A DNA stretch of 64,000 bases, from the NCBI RefSeq assembly GCF_026571515.1, contig NW_026852746.1:248001-312000 (forward strand), given 5' to 3'. This document shows, piece by piece, positions 23,671 to 35,600 of this stretch. The translations under genes and the position numbers were made by a program. Source of the stretch: Ruditapes philippinarum. Taxonomy: Eukaryota. The first letter of the stretch is position 1. Every line of letters starts with the position of its first letter. The notes below the pieces were generated by a model. The model saw only the letters and a program-made list of their open reading frames with translations, was not told the origin of the DNA and ran no database searches.

Positions 23671-26600
23671 ATGGATAAGCTTATAAATTGTATCTATGGT
23701 TTTTGCGTATTAGACGTTATAATCATTGGTATATAGCTCCTGACTTTGACTCACGCAGTCCGATAAGACAAAACATTGTCGTTGCCTAATTTCTAATTTT
23801 GATCAATTTTGTACACGATAATTTCTAAAACTAGAGCTGGAGAAAATAAAAATGTATGAGAAATAAAGAGGTAAATATTGACATCAGACATTAAATGGTC
23901 CACTAGGATTGTTACATACTAGTAAGCTTGTGACAACAGAACAGAATTAATCAAATCACTCTTAAACCTATGGGATTTTACTTAACGCTGCCGTTTGTAA
24001 AAATCAGCACTTATAGGTTGTAAAAATATTAGAAGGCAATGTTCTATTTATAGAAATGTGTGGCGGTGATATTGATTTTGAACTCATGGGTGGTGTTGCT
24101 GAAATTCGGCTAAGAACTGAAGTGAACAATGGCGTAGAATTTTACAGGTACTTGTTTTTGTCGAGTTATTCAGTTATCGTCATAAATTCGAGTTTTTATT
24201 TCTTTTCAAGAAGAAGAATAATGCTCTTATTTCTCGGTGCATCATTTTATACATGATATACATGTATATATAATACATTTCAGATTGATTCTTATCACAG
24301 CTTTTTAAAGGTGTTTTTTTCTTAGCTTTTTGTATAAAATATTTAATTTCGATATCTTCTTGAGTAAAATGTTATATTTAAAATCTTGCACGAGTCCCAC
24401 TTCATACTGGATTAAAAAGAACCATACTGTGCCTAGTATTTTTTTTTGCTGTGGATCAATAACATTCAATAAACGAGTAATAAAAAGTAACAAGAATTTA
24501 AGATTATTGCTATCAGAGTAAGACTTAAACATAATGCCAACAATACATTAAGAAATGTTAAAAGTGTGCATTTATAAATTATCTCATATGTGCGTCAACT
24601 TTGGTACGATCATTTTCAAATGTTCAGTAAATACACTTAAGAAACACAATATGATATTCCATTTATTAAACAGAGAAAAAAATAACAGCCACATATACAC
24701 GTAGACCCTAGCAGTTTAACACCGTTTTTTTCTTCTTTGTGTATAGTGAAAAAAATCACGGAGTGTTTAACATAGTATTACATGTATATTGAATTAATCA
24801 TAGGTATACATGTATTAATTTTAACAGAATTTTCATAGTTTTTATCTTTTTATCTATTAATTTTCTCTGCACATAATACGTTTAAAAAGACAAAGAGCAA
24901 TAACCTCAGTTCAAACATGTTATTCTCTTTTATATTTTGGATCAATCAAAAACAAAGCAATGTTCTAATCTGAATTGATCTGTAAACGTAGAACTAAAAG
25001 TTTGATCACTATATATTTCAGAGGTTCCGAAGAATGTACATGGACACTAAAGACGGCTCACGATCATTTTATGATATTAAAATCCGACTATTTTAGTATT
25101 GAAAAGAGTGAGAACTGTATGTAAGTCAGCAATAATTTTCTTACGTTAGATGCGCTCAATATCTAATATAACGCTTCTTGTCTTTACACAACGTAATGGA
25201 AAATATAGAAAAGATGATTGTATAATATTAGGAACTGTAATAGTAAATTTGTGTGAACTTATTTATTTGATTTTACCTATAAAAGATCGTGTTTTGTCAG
25301 TCAAATATGCATCAAAGCAAAAATGACGAGTAATATGAAAGCAAGCAAAGTTAGAATTCATATTTACAGTTTAGGACTACTATATCAGATGTTTATTTTT
25401 ACGGTAGTCAGTATTTCAGTTATAGATTTTAATATCACAAATCAAAGTAATAATACTGGTTATTTTCGCAATAAAATTCTACTTCGCTGTAAGAAAAAGG
25501 CATCGAAAAGGAGTTTTTTTAAGATTAATATATACATTAACAACTTTTACGTGGTAAATTTGAATGAACTTGAAAATGAATAGCTATTTATTTAGTTACA
25601 TCAATCAAACAATATGCTTTATTTAATTTCAACAACGAAATATGGTTCTGTCTAAGTCAAATATATTTCATATTTGTTGAAAACAAGTATAAAATATAAA
25701 TATGAAAATGGGCGGAATGAAAATTGATATTTATGTTTTAAATTAGTGACTTCTTTCAAAGGTGTTTTTCTTTTACAGTCATTAGCTTCAGTTATTCACT
25801 TCATTATCACAAATAAAAATGATAATTCTGGTAATGGTCCGACTTGTGATAATGCATGAAATTTCATCATATTTTGCGAAAATTTATTCCTCTATATTTT
25901 TCACTCTACCTTTTTTTTATAAAAATCAAATATGCTTCGTATTTGTTAAACACAAATTAAATGCAAATAATGAAAGCGAACGGAGACAAATTCATATTTA
26001 TTTTAGGTACTACTTTCTCAAATGTTTTTCTGTTACAATCAGTAACTTTAGTTATAGATTTCGATAATAATAATGCTTAATATGATTCATTCACAGAGTT
26101 CAAGTCGGCAACGATAAATTCTGTATTGAATTCTCTTCACGCGCTTATGAAATATCAATATTATTATATAATCCGTAAATTTCTTTGGCATACTTTTCCA
26201 TGATGGCTAAAACGTAAAATATTACAGGTCAATATCAGAGTAAATTCATTGTATTTCCCCTTAACTAGATTTTCAGAATATATTGACAGTTTTTGTTTTT
26301 CTGAAAAATAGATTTTCTTCAAATCGGCCTAAGGGTTTAGAATAGAACGTGACATCATGTCCAGTGTGTTGTTATAATTCTGAAAATTCTTTGTACGCCT
26401 TTTAAATAAAAGTCAAATTAGTTTTATTTAGTAAGTGTCTTTATTTTTTTAAGAATATTACGATTTTAGCATTCCCATTCTTCCTTTTTTTAATAAGAAT
26501 GGGCCCAATTATGAAAACGTAAACAAGATAAAGAAATATCGATTTGCGTCGTATTCAGATCAAATTTGATAAGCTTTTAATTTATATAGTAAATCAGATG

Positions 26601-29600
26601 AGGACTTTTTTATATATACAAATGTACATACTCACAAGCTAAAAAGTCAATATTTGTATAATATAACGGTGCGCTGTTTAATTCCAATTTCGCACAAAGC
26701 TAGGGATTTAAAGAATGTAAATTGCTTTTCTTTCTTGGCCTAAAAATTAAAGAAGAATAAAAAGGTACTTTATTTTCATTTTTCATTAAATATGAAATAA
26801 AATAAAATCTTAGATATTTTCACTCGCCGTTCCGTCCTGTAAAAGTGTATGGATTTCTTTTTCATATATCATGAAAATATATTCCATATTCCACACAAAT
26901 GAAAAGAAATATGCTCTTAATATTTGTCTTATGCTTTCAATGCTCCAGTTATTGCCTAAAATAAATACGAAACAGAATAAAATCTGACTTTAAATCATTG
27001 AACTTGTAATGCTGTTACAAACTTTGTTTAAGTTGAACCTCAAATTTCACGGTCAAAGTTTTGATTATATGATTATAGCGTTTTAGCTCCTGAAATTCTA
27101 TAATTGAATGGATTTATGTATTAATTTTTCTATTAAACATGAACAACAAAACAAACATATTTGTTATGGTCCAAAAGGAAAACATAGATGCAATGTAGAG
27201 TGTTCGTTTCAAACTTAACACACAATACGAATATTTAAATTATAAGGGTTTTCGCAGCAGAATGATAATGGTGAATTTGCGCTATTAAGTAATTTATACA
27301 TGTAAAGCCAACGGGCACATACTTGTTACGTGAATAACATAAGCGCTATATTACGAAAGACCGGTGGTGACATTTCACGTTCACGAATTCATGATTTCAA
27401 GACTTTAATATTTCATTACTTTTAGAGTGAAATGTTGAATTTTTAAATCTTGAATTCATGAATTCATAATTTCATAATTTCACGATTTCTCTTAAAAACC
27501 TGAATAAATGAAATAATGAAATCGTGAAATAATGAAATCGTGAATTCATGAATTCACGTATTCACAATTTCATTTTTTAAAGTGAAATCGTGAATTCATG
27601 AATTCGCGATTTCATTATTTCACGATTTCACTTTAGAAAATGTAATCGTGAATTCGTGAATTCACGAATTCACGATTTCATTATTTCATTTATTCTGGTT
27701 TTAAGAGAAATCATGAAATTATGAAATCGCGAATTCATGAATTCACGAATTCACGATTTCATTATTTAAAGTGAAATCGTGAAATAATGAAATCGCGAAT
27801 TCATGAATTCACGATTTCACAATTTCAATAATTCTATCAGTGACGTCAGAAATGACATGCGCGGTCAGACAATTTGTGAAAGGAAAAGCTCATTTGAATC
27901 TGCGCATATTACTGGATATCATCATGGCACGTTTTTTTAGCAATTTGGCAATGGTAAGTTGTTTTTATGTGATTGTTGAATTATATATCCAATATATATC
28001 TAGTTCACAGATTTTATAATCGGATTGTACATTTTGAAAAATCTTCAAACATCTTGACAGGGATGGATTTGGACAGTTTAATCATAAAACAGTAAAGTTA
28101 ATGTTATTGTTATTCTCTGGTTTTCATTTTAAAACTGTTTTCTTAAAACTGATTATAAACTTGGCTATTGTTTCTGGGAGTTTGAATTTAATGAATGGAA
28201 AAAAAGTATAAGCAACGAGCCAAAATCAGATTTTATAGATTAAAAAGAAAAAAGTATATTTGATATTCATATGAGTTCCAATAATTTAAGATTTTAATAA
28301 TTCATCATTATGTGACGTAATATCTACAAAGATTTTGCCAAAAATTGGCTCTTTTTGGTTGTTGCACGCTTCCGTTAAACATTAGGCAGAAATCATTATG
28401 GGTTAACCGACCTCCCTTGTCCTACGGCCATGAACAGCATTAAAATTTTTATTAAAGAATGTAGTGAATTAAACACTGATAGAATCTTCTTTTTTCTATT
28501 TTTCAGATTCTGCTATTGTCGCATGTAAAAGGATATTATGGCGTATTCACAAGACCCGCAGCGATTCATGAAACTACAATGCAGGTTATAACCCATTATT
28601 TCACCATGGGATATAAGTACAAAGAAATATAAAGTGCATAGAATAAAATTGAGTTTAAGACATTTGAAAAGAGTACTTAAATCTCTAAATTTACGTCGAG
28701 GGATCCCTGACAGCATGATTGACGAAGCGATTCGAGTAATACTTCAGGATTTTTCAGGGAGTGGGAAGTGTATTGGGTACAAAACAATGTGGAAACGACT
28801 AAGGCTGAAGTATGGACTAAGGATGTGTCGTTTTACCGTTCTTCGATTAATGTGGATTGCTGATCCAGCTGGAATGGAAAGGCGAAAGAGAAAGCGATTA
28901 CTCTGACGACAATATTTTTGTCCTGGTTCTTATATTTTGTTTGGCATATTGAAGGATATGACAAAATAAAGTCATTCGGATTCGCTATACATGGTCAATT
29001 GATGGATATAGTAGGCGAATCGTGTGTCTGTCTGTTGGAACAAGAAATAACGATCCAAAAATAGTTATAGATATTTTCTACAAACCGTTGATAATTAAGG
29101 CGCCATTATTTCAACTTTAATTCGTAGTGATCGGGGCACAGAAAACGTAATAGTTCGTCAGCTACAGATATTTTCAGACAAGGCCATGATGATGCCCATT
29201 CAGGACGAAGACGCTTTTTAGTGGGCAAAAGTACTTGAAACCAAAGGATAGAGTCTTTATGGGCAATGTTACGCCGACAAGGCATGGATTTCTGGATCAA
29301 CTTATTTAAAGATATGCGTTGCACAGGTCTTTATAATGATGCAGATATTTTTCATCGACAATTTTTATTATATTGTTTCATGCGATCTTCAAAATTTTAT
29401 GACAAAACTTGCATCAGTTGCATGACATTTCATCTTGTTCAAAGAAAGATGGTTCTCAAGGAAAACCTGAGATCTTGTTTACCATACCCGAGTTGAAAAA
29501 GAAGAAAAGTTATCACCGTAATGTTCACCATGGTGATATGGTGATATAGATATATGTAAAACATTATATATGCGGCAACCAAACACGTCGGGCTGTTTGC

Positions 29601-32600
29601 CTGAATGTATTAACTTGTTTGATTTGATAAGTTTTCACAGTAGAGTGGAACTGATGAATACTGAAGCTGCTTTTTATCTTTATATATCTATCATATAATT
29701 TATTGATCGAATGTAACAATATAAGTTTTCATGTATACATAATTTATGTTTATGTTTATAATGTATTTAATACTTTAGCTTCTTTGTACTTAAGTGCAGG
29801 GTAAACGTTGGCAACTTTAAATTTGTCCGTCGTAATAGTACGTCATTTATTCGTAAAACAGTTTCTATTCAAAGCACACTAAATAGCGGTTTCAGTCTTG
29901 TTATGACTTTGTCGAAAAATGTTCCACTTTTTTATGATTTTGGCTACACTTCAACAAAGGTAACACAGGTTGTTTCCCTATGAATGTTTCGACCCAAGGA
30001 CGATTCCATTCCAGAATTTTCCGGATGTTTCAAAACAAATTATTGACAAAACATATTTTACCATGTTATTCTATATTATTCCGAATAGTATAACAATGCA
30101 CTGGTTGAGGTAGAATCGTCTATTGTCAACTCGTAACTGGGGGTGGGGGTGGAAACGTTCAGTCACCATTTCATTTGTAGTGATTGAATTTTTGGTGTGT
30201 TTCCCTTTAGGTTTTATTCATCCATTGAAAGAACAAAATATTTCTGAGATTATTTTTGTAAATAATGTTATATTTTAACGCTGTACACATATATCACGAT
30301 AAAGTTTCAGGGGAGCGATGGCCTAATGGTTAAGGCGTCTGTCTCGCAACCTCGGAATCGTGGGTTCGAACCCTAACGGGTCACGACCATGATTCCTCAT
30401 ATGGCACCAGTACTGGTTGGTTCAAGGAAGCGGACTCGAGAATGATTTATATAAGTATAAGAACTTCTTTCACAGTCGAGCTAAAATAAATAAGTTTAAA
30501 CTAAACTAATGTGTCAGGTTTACAGAGATAACTCTTTTATATATCGTATCTAATATATTTAGTAAATATTCTGATAAAATACCACGAAATATTTGACAAA
30601 AAATTAAAATAGGTAGCCACACAACATAAGTATATCTGAAAATTCCATTCTAAAAGTCACTTGCAGCAATAAAAAACTTGTGAGCCTTGCAGAACGTTTT
30701 GACATTAATTATAGTTTCATCAAAGATTGTCCTTGCACTTTTATTAGCAGTTTTGGACATTTCCTGGGGTCTGGTCACGTAATTAACCGTAACGTACTTA
30801 ACAAAATTAATTTTCATTTTGGCTTTTCTTCCTTATTAAAAAAAGACTTTTATAGATTTTAACTGAATTGTAAAGGTTTCGTTTTCCTATGATCGTTTAA
30901 GCACGTTTTTACAATTCACTTGAAGTATTATATTATTGGTGTCATGTATACAGTTCATGTTAAAAATATTAGATAGTTTTTTTTATGCCTAAACAAAAAA
31001 AATGTGCTCGAAACATTTGGATTAACGACTATTTTTGCACCATAATAAAGTATAAAAAGTACATTGACAAAAATTGATTGTCACATTGTAAAAAAGTTAT
31101 AATGTGCACAAAAGTTGGTAATGTAATTTGGTTTTAGGGAACAAAGCAACTATATATTCGTTTATAAAGCATAAAAGTACCTTGTAATATTGATTTTACT
31201 ATTTATCAAGGCATATACATGTGTAATTTAAAACCTTATAATTTGTTGTTTTTTCTGAATGTTTCACAAATCTTCAAACCTTCAGTTTACGGCTTATTTA
31301 CATACTACATATACATACATTGGGGAATATTGCTGCAAACCAAAAGAAGAAAAACTTCAAACATATACTAGTACTTGGATATAATGACTGTTCAATAACA
31401 CGGCGCTCGTATTTGTAAAGTCAAAAAAGTGAAAAGCTCACTTACTTTTGCAGCTAATCATGTGACCAGATTCGAAATTTACTTTAGGATTTTATTATTA
31501 TAGTGGCGAGAGATTCAATTGTCTATTAATAATTGTCATGTCAAGTTACACTTGATTAGCTTTTAAATAACTACGTTTAATTCTGAAAAATGTCCATTAG
31601 AATTTTTTTTTTCGTCGACTACTTGTTTAAAATTTTGAGCGTTGTAATTCAGAACTCTATCACTACCGCACAAAAAGTACTATCACTTTGTAAATTTTTT
31701 ATCCATTCTTGTACATTATTATAATAAAGGCATTATAAGCTGTAACGTCTTAGTAGTCGTTACAGGAATGCTGTGGTGTTTCAAGATATTCTTTTTTATT
31801 TTAGAAGTGAAATACCATAATTTTGTTTTCATTTTTGTTCATAACAATGTCATCGGATAAGAGTTTTGGATTTTACATTTTGGCCTACAACAAACGCATA
31901 TAAGGGCTTATAGTCGTTATTAGAATATTAAAAATCCATCTTAAGTTTTTTTATTATACAAATGTATTGTGGACACAAAGCAAACGACAGACATTAACAT
32001 AAAAAGCTAAAATGTGATTATTTTTTATTATTAATACTGTTATCATTACTACCATAAAAGTTAAATTGAAAACAATTAAAATAACCATGATCAAACTAAT
32101 CCCAAATTAAAATCTAGTGATATTTAATATTAATCATCTTGAAAGAAGGCTGCATTAGCAAATGCCATACCACAGCATGTCAAACATCAAAGAACACATT
32201 AACTAAATGATTAACACTATGAGATAACAATGGAGTCAATAGACAAAGACCAGTCGTTGATTAGTCAGAATTATTTTATCAGTTGTAAAAATAAATCATA
32301 TTTCAGGTAATTCAGATTATTTTCTAAGTAACCATTTATAACACAGCTTTTAGACAGAGTAGTTGCGTTCTTAACCATTCGGATTTATAGACCGGTCACA
32401 CAAATGATCAGAAACCGAGTGGATTTAAAAAACCCTTCATAAAATATTTTATGATAAAAAGTGAACACAGATACATCTAAACATTAACATTTAAATAGCA
32501 ATATCAACTTTAAAATTGAGATATATATGGTGGCATTTTTCTGCCATCAGATAACCATATAACTAACTAATTAATTAAGAGGTTAACTAGTTACGTAACT

Positions 32601-35600
32601 AGTTAACCTCTTAATTACCTAGCTAGTTATGTGGTTAACTAGTTACGTAACTAGTTAATTTTTCAATAAATAAAAGATCATAACAGGAAATAAATGCATG
32701 TTAGTTCCTACAACTGCCATCCTTTTATTATTTTGCAACTTAATATTATGAGGTTAACTAGTTACGTAACTAGTTGACCTCCTAACTAGCTAGTTAATTA
32801 AGAGGTTAATTAGTTATGTAACTAGTTAACCTCTTAATTTACTAGTTAATTAAGAGATTAACTAGTTACGTAACTTGTTAACATTTTAATTAACTAGTTA
32901 GTTAAGTGATCGATATTCTTATAGTCAAGCTAAAATGTCTTTTGAATGTGATTACACACTAGGTATTAAGAAGACTTGCAGCATCTGCTACATTTTTTCT
33001 GCAAGTGTTGCAGTTTAACAACAATGTCAATAGCACTTGGTCTTTTTGTCATATCATACATTAAACATTTCTTGACAACTTCAATAACTGCATCTGGAAA
33101 TTCTTCCCCTCCTTGTAGATAACTCAGGCCATGGGGCTGCATCCCCTTTTTCATGTTTTCTTCCAGTATTTTAGTACCCTCACTATCAGAGTCATCATTA
33201 TCATCATCCCCTCCATCATCAATATTCCAGATTTCTTTTCCAGTATCACCCAGTCCAGGTTCAACATTCCCTTTAAAATGTTTTTCAACTTCACTCTTGA
33301 TATATGCATAAGTAGATTCATGCTTTTTCAGTCTAATTTCGTGTACTCCACCTTTTTCTTTATTTGATAGTCTGCGAGTGCCCGACATTGACCTCACTTT
33401 GCAGGCAATTTTTATTGTCATTTCTTTATCTTGCTCAGGCTGAAAAATCAAAATATCAATACAATGCATCGTATATGAACATATTGGGTATTTCAGGAGC
33501 ACACTGATATTTATAAGACAGCATTGATGGCTCAATATTGTTAACCTGAGTCCATCTGCAATAATATCGGCAACAAACTATGATAAACTATCAGTCTTAA
33601 AGAAAATTACGATCAATTGTATATTTCATATTTTTACTATCTGAAATGGTGATTTAATTTTCACTATAGCGATCATTTGACCAAGACTTGTGAAATCCTG
33701 ATGACAATGGCAGACTGTATGATAAATATAAGGTTATTTCTAAAATTTGACCTTGTGTCCTAGTTTCGGGTCTGACATGGCCATATTCAAATTAATCCAT
33801 TAGGCATGAATGGTAAATCATTTTGACAAAGTTTCATTGACATAACATAGAATTTTAGTCTCTTGATTGTAAACAATAAGATAAACAAGATCAACAAGGA
33901 AAGGCGGCATTCAAGGAACGTAATCCCCACATGACCCAGCAACAAGAACCAGTGGCAAGGAGCCCAGGCGGTCCCCGACAAAAACAGGACAGGGCACAAG
34001 GCGGAGCACGGACAGGCTCATCACCAAAACGACAAACAACCTGTCACCGACAAGGAACACAAAGAAAACAAGCAATTGAGCGAACAATAGAAAATAATAA
34101 GGTTTATGTAAGATTTATCTTGTGTTGTTTCATCATACATAAATTCAGACTATTCTTTTTTCCTAGATCAGTGATCACATGTGTCACCTGCCGATAGCAA
34201 TTTAATTATGGGCCAACTTGCTTTTTTCATTTACGAGCCATAACTCAGCTTAACTTATTCACCAATTTAATGGGTTAGACATGCTCTTGTACTTAAGGTA
34301 TCAATGCCATACCCACTCGTTTTAATTCAAACCTGAAACTATATGCTTCAGATCAAAGAAAAAGATGAATACATAGGTTAGATGTAGGCAACACATTCTT
34401 TTTATACTCAAGGCAAAAGCACAACATTGCATCGGCCTAGATGACCATGACCTCTGACCCAGCGAACTAGCTCATGTGCATGACAATTCATGACATATGA
34501 AATTCCTCCATGAACAAAGAAGTTATGGCACGAACAAACAAATACTGAATAGCCACTTTGACAACTATCTCGAGCTCAGTGGAAAAAAATCCTTTAATGA
34601 CTATGCATAATAACTTAAAGTATAAGCAAGATACAGTACCAATAAACACAAGATTTTTTTGCGAAACCCTCCGCCTCACTATGGAAATTATTTGTCCCCA
34701 GTAATATTAAAATCCCTCTATGCATGTAGGATTTACACTTGGGTCATGGGTTTGCGCTGACTCCCAAGTGTGACCTTGGCCTTTGAGCAGCAGATCTGGG
34801 TGTTGTATAAGATATACCACCACCATGGTGAAATTTGGTAACAAAATTGTTATCCTTTAAAGAAAGACAAAATATAGACGGGACAAAGCAGCTGCAGGAC
34901 AGACGCCAAGATGGACTTTCTTAAATTTTGGTTTCATGTGAGTGACTAATCTTTTGTTCTGAAAAGACACACAAACACCAAAGCAAGAGGGCCATGATGT
35001 CCCTATATCGCTCACTTGTTTCATAACCGCCTCCGTGGTCGACGGGTTAGAGTCGATGACTTCTAATCCAGTTACCTCTCTGGCGTGGGTTCGATCCCCG
35101 GGAGATGCTTTGGTAGTTGAGCGCGGAGGAAGGTAGTCTAGTACTGGTGTTACTCAGCAGGAAAGATGGTTAGGGAGCTACCCGCCAATATGACTGAAAT
35201 ACTGTTGGGGAAAAGGCGTAAAATGAAACAAACAAACAAACAAACCTGTTTCATCTGACATTTGGCTTTTGTCATGGCCAACATCCTACCAAGTTTACGA
35301 CTAATTTGACCCCGGGGTCATGATTTGAACAATCTTTGGTAGAGGTCCACAAGTCAATGCTACAGGTGTCGTATAGCTGGTTGCACAGGCTAATGAGTCA
35401 TACACGCTATATTCAAAAAGAATGACAAGTCAACATGTATATACATATAATAAGGTTTTTATTTCATAATGTGCACTATGGAACATGACATGATTTATGA
35501 GTATTATAGTTCAGGATGCATACGGACTGACCTTATGTCAGGATGATTAATATATGTAACTCTTAAACGTGTGTATTTATATACATTATAAAATGTCCTT

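Noticed and set aside
27352-27828. CRISPR-like palindromic repeats
   Set aside because: Irregular short modules with no spacers; explained as a TIR mirrored at 44562-44928.
30310-30385. Functional tRNA genes here and at 16870, 35025, 45938, 52461
   Set aside because: A and B boxes present but stems are imperfect and they run into SINE bodies, tails or TSDs.
33990-34030. Hammerhead ribozyme (minus-strand TGATGAG..CTC)
   Set aside because: No CTGANGA plus GAAA core with closing stems here or at other CTGATGA sites I inspected.
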